Source: Chloroflexota bacterium
Lineage (GTDB): Bacteria; Chloroflexota; Dehalococcoidia; SM23-28-2; JACOUE01
Length of the DNA: 64,000 nt
Assembly: GCA_016178045.1 (NCBI GenBank)
Contig: JACOUE010000041.1
Coordinates: 5,627 to 69,626, forward strand
Direction of reading: 5' to 3'
The number at the start of each line of letters is the position of its first letter. Position 1 is the first letter of the stretch. The notes beneath the pieces were generated by a model. It was given only the letters and a program-made list of their open reading frames with translations, did no database searches and had not been told where the DNA came from. Below, in pieces: positions 1-9,593 of the stretch. The translations under genes were made by a program, and so were the position numbers.

Positions 1-773
1 ACTCCGGAGGCGATGTCGAGGCCCGAGTCCTTCAGGAAGTCGATGTTGGGTCGTACGCCGGTGCCGCAGACGACCATGTCCGCCGTCTGGGCCTTGCCGC
101 TCTTCAGGTGGACGGTACAGGCGCCGTCCTTCCCCTTCTCGACGGCGGAGACGGAGTCACCCAGGACGACCTCGATGCCCTTCTCCTGCATCGCCCGCTC
201 CAGGGCCTCGCCGCCCTCGCGGTCGAGGAGCTGGGGCATCACCTGGTCGGCGATCTCGACGATCGTGTAGTTAAGGTTAGCCTTCTTGATGAGGGCGCTG
301 ACGGTCAGCAGGCTGATGAACCCGGCGCCGATGACGAAGCAGCTCTTGGCGCCCGCCAGAGCCTTCTCGATCCGCTGCGTGTCCTCCAGCGTCCAGTGGT
401 AGCAGGCGTCCGCCTCCTCGATCCCCTGGATGGGCGGGACGCGCGACGCGGAGCCGGTGGCGACGAGCAGCTTGTCGTAGGTGAGGTTGCGGCCGTCCTC
501 CAGGGTCACGGTCTTGTTTTTGGCGTCGAGGGAGGCAGCCCCCACGCCCCAGATCACGTCGGCATTGTTCGCCTTGAAGTAGCCGGGCTCCTGGAGCGTA
601 ATCTGCCGCATGTTCTTCTCGCCTGAGAGGATGTAGGGCAGGGCGACGCGGGAGTAGCAGGGCTCCGGCTCCTTCGAGACGACAATGATCGGCCCATCCT
701 TGTCGCGCTGGCGGATGGCGTCGATGGCGGTGAGGCCGGCGGCGCTGACTCCGAGGATGAGGTAGTGGGACAT
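1..773 (-). CDS. FAD/NAD(P)-dependent oxidoreductase (NADH oxidase/NirB-like, AorC-type partner); runs off the window edge
   Basis: Manual translation from ATG at 773: MSHYLILGVSAAGLTAIDAIRQRD...CYSRVALPY, later a second Rossmann motif VIGAGFI; absent from the ORF track because there is no stop in the window. Confidence 0.85.
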   Translation of the reverse strand, partial: MSHYLILGVSAAGLTAIDAIRQRDKDGPIIVVSKEPEPCYSRVALPYILSGEKNMRQITLQEPGYFKANNADVIWGVGAASLDAKNKTVTLEDGRNLTYDKLLVATGSASRVPPIQGIEEADACYHWTLEDTQRIEKALAGAKSCFVIGAGFISLLTVSALIKKANLNYTIVEIADQVMPQLLDREGGEALERAMQEKGIEVVLGDSVSAVEKGKDGACTVHLKSGKAQTADMVVCGTGVRPNIDFLKDSGLDIASG

Positions 774-869
774 CCCCTTGACCTCTAAACCCCCAGGAAT
801 AGTGGATGGAACAAGGCCCCGACTCCAGGCCCGACCGCGATGTCCCTTGTTCCTTGTTCCATGATCCTG

Positions 870-2693
870 CTAGCCCAGCCCCAGCTTGGACAGCGTCTCC
901 GCCCGCGGGCTGCCGTCGTCGTCCCAGCCGCGGATGTCGTAGTACTCGCGGAGCATGGGCTCCAGCTCCACCACCTGCTCCTGCACGGCGCCGCCCGTAA
1001 GCGGCTCGCGGGTCATGCGCGGGGGCAGGTTGTCGTCCTTGCGGCTGAAGCCGGCGCGGCTGTTGAAGAGCCGCTCCAGGTTCCAGATGCGCTCGCCGGC
1101 CAGGTTCCACTCGTCGAGGGTCAGGTTCTCGCCGGTGGCGGCGTTGTACATGGGGTACAGCTTGTCGGGCGTCACCTCGAAGGTGGTGAAGGTGCAGATG
1201 CCGGAGGAGTCCTCGCAGGCCGCTTTGTCCTGGAGCGTCTTCTGGGCCTGCGCCTTCCCATCCGTGGTGAAGGGGTCCAGGCGCATCTCTCTGGGCGCGA
1301 ACCACTCCAGCATCATCGAGTAGCCCCGCAGGTGGCAGGCGCCGCGGTTGGAGGTGGCGTAGCCCAGGCCCATCCCTTTGACGCCGCGCGGGTCGTAGGC
1401 GGCGAAGTCCTGCTTCTTCACCCCCATGAACAGCTCCGGGTGGCCGTAGTGCTCGGCCAGGCGGTAGCCGCCCTCGGCCAGGAGGTCGCCGAAGCGGCCG
1501 CGGCGGTAGGCCATCAGCTCCAGGCAGGCCATGACCGCGTCGGGGTTGCCGAACTTCAACTCGAACTCCAGCTCAGCCAGGTCGGCCGCCGGGATGTAGC
1601 CCTTCTCCGCCAGCTCCATTGCGGTGGCGACGGTGCCGCCGGCGGAGATAGTGTCCATGGCGTAGAGGTTGCACAGGTAGTTGGCGTAGAGCACCGCGTT
1701 CAGATCGCCGACGCCGCAGTCGGAGCCAAGGCCGAAGATCGTCTCGTACTCCGGCCCTTCGCCCCGGCCCTGCCACTTGGACGGCCCCTTGGTCTCGGTG
1801 ACGCGGGCGCAGCCGATGGGGCAGGAGTAACAACCCTTGTTCCGGCGGAGCACGGTCTGAGCGATTACCGGCCCGCTGATGGCGTTGGCCTCGCCGAACT
1901 GGCCCGCCTGGAAGTTGTTGGTGGGGAGAATACCGATGGAGTTGGTGAACCCGACGGTCGAAGCCGTCCCCAGCCCCCGCAGGGCTTTGGTGGCGGTGGG
2001 CGACTCGTTGAGGAGGCGCAGGCTCTCGAACACCAGCTCCGAGAACTTCATCGCGTCGGCCACTTCCACCGCGCCCGTGCCCCGCACCACCATGGCCTTC
2101 ACGTTCTTCGAGCCGACGGCCGCGCCTACGCCCGAGCGGCCCGCCGCGCGGGACTTGTCGTTGATGACGCAGGCCACCCGGCTCAGGTTCTCCCCCGCCG
2201 GGCCGATGCCGGAGGTGCGGGCCTGCGGATCCGTCTCCGCCCGCAGGATGTCCTCCGTCTCCTCCGTGGTCTTGCCCCAGACGTGGGAGGCGTCGCGGAT
2301 CTCGACTTGGTCGTTGTAGACCCAGATGTAGACCGGCTTGGGGGCCTTCCCTTCGAGGATGACCATGTCGTAGCCCGCGAACTTCAGCTCGGGGCCCCAG
2401 TAGCCCCCGGAGTTGGAGCAGGCGATGGCGTCGGTAAGTGGCCCCTTGCAGATGACCATGTAGCGGCCGCCGGTGGGGGCGTAGGTGCCGGTGAGCGGCC
2501 CGGTGGCGAAGATCACCTTGTTCTCCGGCCCCAGCGGGTCGCAGGCGGGGTCGATCTCTTCGTACAGGTAGCGGGTGCCCAGGCCGCGCCCACCGATGAA
2601 CTCGCGGGCCCACTCCAGGTTGAGGGGCTCCTTGGTGACCTTCCCCTCGCTCAGGTTTATGCGCAGGACCTGTCCGACCCAGCCGTAGGGCAT
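870..2693 (-). CDS. aor: Tungsten-dependent aldehyde:ferredoxin oxidoreductase
   Basis: MPYGWVGQVLRINLS start; GGRGLG, SNSGGYWGPELKFAGYD, RAAGRSGVGA, CYSCPIGC, EGPEYET, YATSNRGACH motifs. Confidence 0.95.
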   Translation of the reverse strand: MPYGWVGQVLRINLSEGKVTKEPLNLEWAREFIGGRGLGTRYLYEEIDPACDPLGPENKVIFATGPLTGTYAPTGGRYMVICKGPLTDAIACSNSGGYWGPELKFAGYDMVILEGKAPKPVYIWVYNDQVEIRDASHVWGKTTEETEDILRAETDPQARTSGIGPAGENLSRVACVINDKSRAAGRSGVGAAVGSKNVKAMVVRGTGAVEVADAMKFSELVFESLRLLNESPTATKALRGLGTASTVGFTNSIGILPTNNFQAGQFGEANAISGPVIAQTVLRRNKGCYSCPIGCARVTETKGPSKWQGRGEGPEYETIFGLGSDCGVGDLNAVLYANYLCNLYAMDTISAGGTVATAMELAEKGYIPAADLAELEFELKFGNPDAVMACLELMAYRRGRFGDLLAEGGYRLAEHYGHPELFMGVKKQDFAAYDPRGVKGMGLGYATSNRGACHLRGYSMMLEWFAPREMRLDPFTTDGKAQAQKTLQDKAACEDSSGICTFTTFEVTPDKLYPMYNAATGENLTLDEWNLAGERIWNLERLFNSRAGFSRKDDNLPPRMTREPLTGGAVQEQVVELEPMLREYYDIRGWDDDGSPRAETLSKLGLG

Positions 2694-2704
2694 GTCGACT
2701 CCTT

Positions 2705-3169
2705 CTAGGTGGCGGCGGCGGGCTTCTCCACCTCGTCCAGCCGCAGCATCCACTCGTTGGGCTCCACCTCGGCGTACTCAAGGGCGTCGTAGATGCAGAC
2801 CTTGACGCACTGGGGGTCGCCGCCGCACAGGTCGCAGTTGTGGGCCACGTTCTTCTCCATGTGGAAGCCCATCACCCCGAAGGGGCACGCCACCATGCAC
2901 ATCTTGCAGCCGATGCACTTGTCGTCGTTCACCGTCACCTGGCCGGTCGCGGGGTCGCGGGTGATGGCGTAGGTGGGGCAGTTGCTCAGGCAGGGGGCGT
3001 CCTTGCAGTGGAAGCAGGTGACCGCGCCGTATATCCCCTCGTCGACGAAGTCGTACACCCAGATCCGCGTCTTGGCGGGGACGAAGGAGCCTTCATGTTT
3101 GAAGGAGCAGGCCCCTTCGCAAAGGTGACAAGCCACGCACTTCTCGGGGTGGGGGAGGATCATCTTCAT
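2705..3169 (-). CDS. 4Fe-4S dicluster electron-transfer subunit (AorA/DmsB-like)
   Basis: CxxCxxCxxxC-type clusters (CVACHLCEGAC, CFHCKDAPC, CIGCKMCMVACP, CDLC...C); directly upstream of aor. Confidence 0.93.
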   Translation of the reverse strand: MKMILPHPEKCVACHLCEGACSFKHEGSFVPAKTRIWVYDFVDEGIYGAVTCFHCKDAPCLSNCPTYAITRDPATGQVTVNDDKCIGCKMCMVACPFGVMGFHMEKNVAHNCDLCGGDPQCVKVCIYDALEYAEVEPNEWMLRLDEVEKPAAAT

Positions 3170-3214
3170 TCAGGGCGTCCTTCCCAGGGACTTGTCGCTG
3201 CCAGACTGCCATTC

Positions 3215-3247
3215 ACCATAAATGTTGGCGCCGCGCGGTGTCAACAT
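3215..3247 (-). promoter_or_regulatory. Putative sigma70 promoter of the aor operon overlapped by a palindrome ATGTTG-N14-CAACAT
   Basis: Minus-strand TTGACA (3239-3244), 18 nt, TATGGT (3215-3220); inverted repeat 3222-3247. Confidence 0.5.
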
Positions 3248-3322
3248 ATTCGGCGGCGGCAACGTAACGTCGCCGCGCCAGGGCCGTCTTTCTTTTAGGA
3301 CAGCAGGTATCGGGACATCGAT

Positions 3323-3781
3323 ATGGCTTTCTACGGCAAGGACAGAGAAGACGACGAGCAGGCGGCGATGGCCGCTGAGGCTTCCGAGTCGCCCGAATCC
3401 ACCGACGACGAGAACGCGGAGGCACCGGAGGACGCCCCTCCCGTCGAGGAAACGGTCGACCGGAACGTGCGTGAGTCCGCCGAGATCCCGGCGGGCGCGG
3501 GCAACGGGTCCAGGGAGACGGTCCAGACCTCAGCGTCCGTGGCCGCCGTCCTCGGGCTCACGAAGGCCGCCAGCAACCTGTACATCGTCCTCGTCGACAG
3601 CAACGAGGGCGTCAGCGTGAACCCTTTCCTCCGGGCCGAGGACGCCGAGACGTTCATCGGCGAGCTGGTCGAGGCCGGCCACCCCATCGAGAAAGTCGCG
3701 GCACTGAAGGCGCGCAGCCTCGTCGCGAACGTGGCCTACCGGCCGGTCGTCGCCCTCGAGCCGGGCGGCAAGGGGGAATAG
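3323..3781 (+). CDS. Hypothetical protein with acidic disordered N-terminus
   Basis: 152-aa ORF filling the gap, coding-like codon use, no recognised motif. Confidence 0.65.
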   Translation: MAFYGKDREDDEQAAMAAEASESPESTDDENAEAPEDAPPVEETVDRNVRESAEIPAGAGNGSRETVQTSASVAAVLGLTKAASNLYIVLVDSNEGVSVNPFLRAEDAETFIGELVEAGHPIEKVAALKARSLVANVAYRPVVALEPGGKGE

Positions 3782-3857
3782 GCACCCTCCGGCGGCCTTC
3801 CGCGCTCCTGGTTGACCCTGTGCTATACTTTTCCCCGAATCAGCGGAGGAAGGCGCC

Positions 3858-4682
3858 ATGTCCGTCGTCAGCGTCAACGGAGTCGACATAAACTACCGGG
3901 AGGCCGGCGAAGGCTTCCCGATCTTGCTAATCCACGGCTACACCGGCAACCTCCGCAATTGGGCCCTGGCCGTCCCCGCCATAACCGAGCGCTACCGCTC
4001 CATCTCCGTCGACCTGCGCGGCCACGGCTACTCCGCGAAGCCGACGCGAGAAGAGGACTACTCCCTAGAGCTGATGGCCGAGGACGTCTTCGGGGTGGTG
4101 CAGGAGTTGGGCGTGGAGGAGTGCCACGTCGTCGGTCACTCCATGGGCGGCATGGTCGCCCAGCACCTGGTTCTGGCGCACCCCGGGCTGGCGCGCTCCC
4201 TGGTGCTCATGGACACGTCGGGTACGCCGCCTGACATCGAGCGGACGCAGCTACGGGCCGGTTTGGGCCAGGTCCTGCGCGAGCAGGGGATGGAGGGCGT
4301 GTTCGACGCCCAGTTGGAGATAAACCCCCTGTCCCGCGGCCTCCCCCGCACCCCGGAGTTCCTCCAGGTGTGGAAGGAGCAATTCCTCCTCACCTCGCCG
4401 GAAGCGTACGTCTACTGCTCGCGGGCGATGGCGAACCGCCGCCCCCTGCTGGAGGAGCTTTCGTCTCTCACGATGCCGACGTTCGTCATCTGCGGCGAGA
4501 AGGACGAGCTCCTGGTCGAGCCCTCGCGCCAGCTGCACGCCCACATCAAGGGGAGCGAGCTCGTCTTCATCCCGGGGAGCGGGCATACGCCCCAGATCGA
4601 GAAGTCCCTCGATTTCAACCGCGTCCTGATGGAGTTCCTGACACGCGTCGACCAGGTGGTGGCTGCTAAGACCGGAGCGTAG
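3858..4682 (+). CDS. Alpha/beta-fold hydrolase
   Basis: HG, DLRGHG, GHSMGG nucleophile elbow, GEKD, GSGH; RBS GGAGG. Confidence 0.92.
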   Translation: MSVVSVNGVDINYREAGEGFPILLIHGYTGNLRNWALAVPAITERYRSISVDLRGHGYSAKPTREEDYSLELMAEDVFGVVQELGVEECHVVGHSMGGMVAQHLVLAHPGLARSLVLMDTSGTPPDIERTQLRAGLGQVLREQGMEGVFDAQLEINPLSRGLPRTPEFLQVWKEQFLLTSPEAYVYCSRAMANRRPLLEELSSLTMPTFVICGEKDELLVEPSRQLHAHIKGSELVFIPGSGHTPQIEKSLDFNRVLMEFLTRVDQVVAAKTGA

Positions 4683-4684
4683 CC

Positions 4685-5218
4685 GTGGCCGGGGCCTACG
4701 ACATCGAGGCGGTCCGGCGCAAGTACGTGGGGATGGAGACGGTCCCGACCCGGGGCCGCTACCCCGTTGAGCACGACCCCATCCGCCGCCATTGCCACAT
4801 GGTGGAGGACACCAACCCTCTCTTTCTGGACCCCGAGTACGCTGGGAAGACCCCCTGGGGGAGCGTCATCTGCCCGCCCTCCGGCTGGCTGGCGATGTAC
4901 TTCGCCAGCTTCGGGCCGTGGCCGCCGGTCTTCGAGCCGCTGGTGCCCGTCGTGCCCACGCCGGGCAAGCGCATCGTTAACATGAACCAGGAGGTCGAGT
5001 GGTTCGACGCCATCCGCGTCGGCGATCACCTGTCGGTGAAGAGGCGCATCGCCGACGTCTACCAGAAGCCTATCAGCCTCGACCAGGAGGCGGTGTGGAT
5101 CGTCAGCGAGTCGATCATCAGCAATCAGCGAGGGGAGGTCGTCTGCGTCGTCCGCAACACGCTGCTGTTCCACCGCTCGCCGGAGGAGGTGGCGGCCGCC
5201 GAACAGCGTGACACATGA
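4685..5218 (+). CDS. MaoC/FAS1-like hotdog dehydratase subunit
   Basis: IRRHC...DTNPLF, N..QEVEWF..IRVGD, NQRGEVV hotdog pattern. Confidence 0.85.
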   Translation: MAGAYDIEAVRRKYVGMETVPTRGRYPVEHDPIRRHCHMVEDTNPLFLDPEYAGKTPWGSVICPPSGWLAMYFASFGPWPPVFEPLVPVVPTPGKRIVNMNQEVEWFDAIRVGDHLSVKRRIADVYQKPISLDQEAVWIVSESIISNQRGEVVCVVRNTLLFHRSPEEVAAAEQRDT

Positions 5219-5306
5219 TGCGAGAGGTTTCTCCCCGGCCGACTGAAGTCGGCAGCTCCAAATCAGCGAAGCCGCGCCCTTCAGTGCGCGGGATGAAAGG
5301 CGCGCC

Positions 5307-5750
5307 ATGAAGCGCCCCCAGCCCTACTGGGAAGACGTGCAGGTCGGCGACGATCTGCCCGGGTTCGAGCTGGAGATAAACGCCAAGCGCGTCTTCCTCC
5401 AGATCAGCGGCTCCCAGGACTGGTACCCCGTCCACCACGACCCCGAGTTCGCCCGCGAAGCCGGCCACCAGGACGTCTTCATGAACACGGGCCTCACCCA
5501 GGCCGCCTTGGTCCGCGTTGTCACCGACTGGATGGGCGACGAGGGCTTCCTCCGCAAGTTCTACTTCGAGATGCGCCGTCAGCATCGCCCCGGCGACGTC
5601 ATGGCCTGCAAAGGACGTGTCGCCGACAAGTACGTCCAGGACGCGCGCCATTTCGTGGAGTGCGAGGTGTGGGCCGAGAACGAGAGGGAGGGGGTGACTA
5701 CGCCGGGCCGGGCCTGGGTCATCCTCCCCTCACGGGAGGAGGCTGCCTAG
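5307..5750 (+). CDS. MaoC-family dehydratase
   Basis: WEDVQVGD, DWYPVHHDPEFA motif. Confidence 0.88.
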   Translation: MKRPQPYWEDVQVGDDLPGFELEINAKRVFLQISGSQDWYPVHHDPEFAREAGHQDVFMNTGLTQAALVRVVTDWMGDEGFLRKFYFEMRRQHRPGDVMACKGRVADKYVQDARHFVECEVWAENEREGVTTPGRAWVILPSREEAA

Positions 5751-6580
5751 ACAGCCACGCCCTCCAGCGCGCGGCTGATGGCCGGCAGCGCCGCCCTGGC
5801 CGCCGCCTCGCCGCGGCGGATCGCCTCGTTCATCCGCAGGGGCAGGGCCGAGCGGAACCCGCGCAGGTCCGGCCGGATGAGGACGTCCGGCGCCGGGCGT
5901 TGCGGGTGGCCCTTCGACAGTAGGTCCGCCATGAAGGCGAACTGCCCGCGCAGGTCGTGTGGCGCGCGGGCCGCCTTTCGGCAGGCTCTCGCCGTCATCG
6001 CTGACAGCGGCCGCAGCGGCGGTGGCAGAAGGAAGAACTCCCCCACATTCACGGCTATGACCTTCGCCGCGCCCAGGGCGTACGCCAGGTCGACGGGCAC
6101 CGTGTTGTGGAGGCCGCCGTCCACCAGGTGGCGTCCGTCCGTTTGCAGGACGGGGAGGATGACCGGCGGCCGGATGCTGACCTCGACGGCGGCCGCGGCG
6201 CTCCCGGAGCGGATCACTACGCGCTCGCCGGTGGCGACGTCCAGGGCCACGGCAGCGAAGGGCACCGCCATCTCCTCAAGGGGGAAACGGCCGTACGTCT
6301 GCCACAGCCGTCGCCCGAAGCGGCCCGCCTCCGGGCTGATCCGCAAACCGTGCAGGAACCACTCCAACAGGTCGAGGGGCGAGGCGCTCCGGGCCACCGC
6401 CTCCATCTCCTCCACATCGCGGCGGACCGCGTAGAGCGGCCCCATCAGCGCGCCGGCGCTGGCCCCCAGTATCAGGTCGATCGGGACGCCGGCCCGGTCG
6501 AGCACCTTGACGACGCCCACGTGGGCCCACCCCTTGACGCCGCCTGCTCCCAGCACCAGCGCTACCGGCCCGCCGTTCAT
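5747..6580 (-). CDS. Patatin-like phospholipase
   Basis: GAGGVKG, GASAG (GxSxG), DGG motifs. Confidence 0.9.
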   Translation of the reverse strand: MNGGPVALVLGAGGVKGWAHVGVVKVLDRAGVPIDLILGASAGALMGPLYAVRRDVEEMEAVARSASPLDLLEWFLHGLRISPEAGRFGRRLWQTYGRFPLEEMAVPFAAVALDVATGERVVIRSGSAAAAVEVSIRPPVILPVLQTDGRHLVDGGLHNTVPVDLAYALGAAKVIAVNVGEFFLLPPPLRPLSAMTARACRKAARAPHDLRGQFAFMADLLSKGHPQRPAPDVLIRPDLRGFRSALPLRMNEAIRRGEAAARAALPAISRALEGVAV

Positions 6581-6654
6581 AAAGTGTTGATTCTTTGCCC
6601 GGCATCGATTAGAATGCCGCTAGCCGTTCCCGCAATTCCAGGAGCCAAGGCAAC

Positions 6655-7071
6655 ATGGATCCGCAGACCGTCCTCGCCCAGGTGCCCATCTTTTCCCATC
6701 TGAGTAAAGGAGACTTGAAGCGCCTTGCGCGCATCTCCGTCCCCCGTACCTTCAAGGCCGGCGAACAGATCATCAAGGAAGGCGATACCGCCGCCGGCGT
6801 ATTCATCGTCATGACCGGCAAGGTCGAGGTGGTGAAAGGGAGCCAGCGCCTGGCCGTCTTCGACGCCGGGGAGTTCTTCGGGGAGATGGCGCTGTTCGAG
6901 AGCTATCCCCGCTCGGCGACCGTACGGGCGCTCGAGGACACGGAGTGCATTGCCCTCAGCCGGTGGGACTTCAGCGCCGAGCTGAAGAGCCAGCCCGAGA
7001 TCGCTGTCGGCATGCTGGCGCACCTCGTACGCCGGCTCCGAGAGACGACCGACGCCCGCGTCAGCGACTAG
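6655..7071 (+). CDS. Stand-alone cyclic nucleotide-binding domain protein
   Basis: FFGEMAL...PRSATVRA; no HTH. Confidence 0.9.
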   Translation: MDPQTVLAQVPIFSHLSKGDLKRLARISVPRTFKAGEQIIKEGDTAAGVFIVMTGKVEVVKGSQRLAVFDAGEFFGEMALFESYPRSATVRALEDTECIALSRWDFSAELKSQPEIAVGMLAHLVRRLRETTDARVSD

Positions 7072-7098
7072 CTGCATCCGCACATCTCTCCCCGTCTT

Positions 7099-7737
7099 TC
7101 ACAGAGGCCGGGCGATGCCCTTGATATGGGGCCGACTGAACACCATGGGGGGTACCGGCGGCAGCGGCTTCGAATGCTCGAGCTCAACGAAATCGAAGCC
7201 GGCTTCGCGGATGAGGCTTGCCACGTCGCGGTTGGGGTGACATCCCGCCCCAAACCAGCGCCAAACGGGCGTAACCAGGTCCTGCCAGAAGGCGCCGAAG
7301 GCGTGGTCGTAGCGGACGTGTTCGTAGAAACGGAACTCGCCGCCAGCTTTGAGCACTCGCTTGATCTCGGCCAAAGCCCTGGGTGGCTCCGGGATGGTGC
7401 AGAAGTTAAGAGTGCTGACGACAGTATCGAAAGACCCGTCCTCAAAGGGCAACTCCTCCGCCGAAGCGGCGCGGATGTCGATGGGCCGCGAGAGAGCGGC
7501 CGCCTTCCGTCTGGCCCGCTCGAGCATGTAAGGATTCGGGTCGGTAGCGATGATCTCACTGGCGCCGTCGCGATAGTAGGCGAAGTTCGCGCCCGTGCCA
7601 CAGCCGATCTCCAGGACGCGGCCGGAGGCGCCGCCGGCGATCTCCTCTCGAACCTTCCGCATGAACGACTTCTCGGCGCTGGCCATCATGCGGTCGTAGA
7701 TGGCGGCGAACCACTTGTGGCCTTTCTGCTCGGGCAA
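7099..7737 (-). CDS. Class I SAM-dependent methyltransferase
   Basis: VLEIGCGTG, LPFEDGSFD, YEHV, GCHPNRD. Confidence 0.9.
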   Translation of the reverse strand: MPEQKGHKWFAAIYDRMMASAEKSFMRKVREEIAGGASGRVLEIGCGTGANFAYYRDGASEIIATDPNPYMLERARRKAAALSRPIDIRAASAEELPFEDGSFDTVVSTLNFCTIPEPPRALAEIKRVLKAGGEFRFYEHVRYDHAFGAFWQDLVTPVWRWFGAGCHPNRDVASLIREAGFDFVELEHSKPLPPVPPMVFSRPHIKGIARPL

Positions 7738-7856
7738 GCTCGTCTCCTTGGCGGCGCTACGAAGCCGTAATCAGTCGACCCCATCATATGACGACGTTTG
7801 GACGTGTCAACGGGCGCGGGCGGTTTCCCTTCACGCAAGCGCAGTAACCCAGCATA

Positions 7857-9269
7857 ATGGGGCATAAGTCCCCCGGATTGGAAACCATGTCTGCTGACGC
7901 ATCCGCCGAGGTCGCTGCTGCCGGCCCTGTCGCGATCGACGAAGCGCACCTGATGCGCTCCGTCGTGCGTCTGGCCTGGCCGGTCGTCATCCAGCAGGTC
8001 AGCTTCACCATGGTCCAGTTGGTGGACACGTTCCTGGTCGGCCACCTGGGGGAGGACGCCCTGGCCGGCGTGGGGCTGGCGACCCTCATCTACTGGTTCC
8101 CCATCTCCGGCATGTTCGCCATCGGTATCGGCGCGACGGCGGTGGTGGCCCGCAACATCGGCGCCGGCCAACCCGAAAGGGCGGAGGCGGCCCTGCGCAG
8201 CGCCCTCCTCCTGGGAGTTGGCTGGGGCATCGCGACGGGCATCGTGTTCTTCGCGGCCGCCGCTCCCCTCCTGAACGTCATGGGAGCGGAGCCGCAGGCC
8301 CTGGACAAGGGCGTCCTCTACATGCAGGCGGCCGCTTTCGGGCTGCCCTTCTACACCGCCCTCTACATCGGCAACGCCTGCCTTCAGGGCGCCGGGAACA
8401 CGCGCACGCCGATGATCATCATGCTGCTGGTGAACTTGGTCAACGGCGTGGTCGCCTACCTCCTGATCAACGGGCCGGGGCCGTTCCCCGACTACGGCGT
8501 GAGGGGGTCCGGCCTGGGTTACACCGCGGCCGCCCTCGCCGGGACGGTCCTGGTGATGTTCTTCCTCGTGCGGGGCCGGAGCGGGCTCCAGTACCTTCCC
8601 CACAAGGCCTTGCTGCCCGACCGCGACGAGACGGCCCGGATCATGCGGGTGGGCATCCCCGCCGGGGCGGAGCAGTTCCAGTTCCAGTTCGCCTTCATGG
8701 CCTACACCCGCATCATCTCAAGCCTGGGCACGACGGCTCTGGCCGCCCACCAGGTCGCCCTCCGTATCGAGGGGCTGACGTTTCAGCCGGGGTTCGCCCT
8801 GGGGGTGGCCGCCACCACCCTGGTGGGCCAGAGCCTGGGCGCCCAGCGGCCGGACCTGGCCCAGAAGGTGGCCCTGACCGCCGTGCGCATCGCCTTTTTC
8901 GGCATGACGGCCGCGGGCATCGCCCTCATGGTCTTCGGCGGGCAGATCACTCAACTCTTCATTGCCGAGCCCGACGTAGTGGACACGGGCCGCAGGCTGC
9001 TGCTCATCTTCGGGTTTGCCCTGCCTGCCCTGGCCGTCGCCCTGGCCCTGGGCGGGGCCCTCCGTGGCGCGGGCGACACCCGGTCGGTGCTGGTAATCAT
9101 GACCGCCGGCGTCTGGGGTGTGCGTCTGCTCCCCGCCTACCTGCTGGCCGTGGTGGCCGGGCTGGGCGTGCCGGGGGCCTGGGTGGCTGCTGTCGTGGAC
9201 ATAAACTTCCGCGCCCTCTTGATGTTCGCCCGCTTCCGGCAGGGCAAATGGAAGACGATCAAGGTGTAG
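7857..9269 (+). CDS. MATE-family efflux transporter (start may be ATG 7887)
   Basis: About 12 hydrophobic segments; QGAGNTRTP and LRGAGDT repeats; GKWK C-terminus. Confidence 0.92.
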   Translation: MGHKSPGLETMSADASAEVAAAGPVAIDEAHLMRSVVRLAWPVVIQQVSFTMVQLVDTFLVGHLGEDALAGVGLATLIYWFPISGMFAIGIGATAVVARNIGAGQPERAEAALRSALLLGVGWGIATGIVFFAAAAPLLNVMGAEPQALDKGVLYMQAAAFGLPFYTALYIGNACLQGAGNTRTPMIIMLLVNLVNGVVAYLLINGPGPFPDYGVRGSGLGYTAAALAGTVLVMFFLVRGRSGLQYLPHKALLPDRDETARIMRVGIPAGAEQFQFQFAFMAYTRIISSLGTTALAAHQVALRIEGLTFQPGFALGVAATTLVGQSLGAQRPDLAQKVALTAVRIAFFGMTAAGIALMVFGGQITQLFIAEPDVVDTGRRLLLIFGFALPALAVALALGGALRGAGDTRSVLVIMTAGVWGVRLLPAYLLAVVAGLGVPGAWVAAVVDINFRALLMFARFRQGKWKTIKV

Positions 9270-9368
9270 CCCGCCGTTCATCGCCTCGCCGGCACTCCCT
9301 GGCATCTCCCCTCGGGCGCCTTCAGGAGCGAGCGAGTGGTAAAATATACTTTCGTTGGAGGAGGGCCC

Positions 9369-9593
9369 TTGGCCAAGGTTATCCTGTACTCCCTGCGCGG
9401 CTGACCCACGAGCGATAAGGCCCGGGTTGGCCTTACCTCGCAGGGGATCGAATTCGAGGAGCGCCTGGTCGACGACAACCCCGACTGGTGGGACGAGGCG
9501 CTCAGGTACTCGATCACCGTCCCCGTCGTCATCTGGGGCGACGGCGACGTTGAGATCGGCTGGCAGGGCGAGCACGGCTGAGAGATCACCTAG
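9369..9593 (+). CDS. Glutaredoxin-like selenoprotein with two predicted Sec residues (U12 in UPTS; U71 in C-terminal GUEIT)
   Basis: RBS GGAGGAG, TTG 9369; MAKVILYSLRG-U-PTSDKARVGLTSQGIEFEERLVDDNPDWWDEALRYSITVPVVIWGDGDVEIGWQGEHG-U-EIT, TAG at 9591; Grx-like pattern with TVP cis-Pro motif; hairpin 11 nt after each UGA. Confidence 0.85.
9416..9435 (+). promoter_or_regulatory. Putative SECIS element 1
   Basis: TAAGGCC-CGGGTT-GGCCTTA perfect 7-bp stem after an 11-nt spacer from UGA 9402-9404. Confidence 0.75.

Noticed and set aside
805-862. GGAACAAGG / CCTTGTTCC inverted heptamer repeats between aor and the FAD gene
   Set aside because: Single short occurrence; most likely an ordinary intergenic stem-loop
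840-2708. Long antisense and alternate-frame ORFs (e.g. 840-2708 +, 16512-18617 -, 30417-31970 -, 41778-43595 +)
   Set aside because: Shadows of real high-GC genes; no motifs and Arg/Gly/Pro-rich composition
5216-5218. Other genes ending in TGA as Sec read-through candidates (e.g. 5218, 26235, 32288)
   Set aside because: Proteins are complete at the stop, with no redox-motif context
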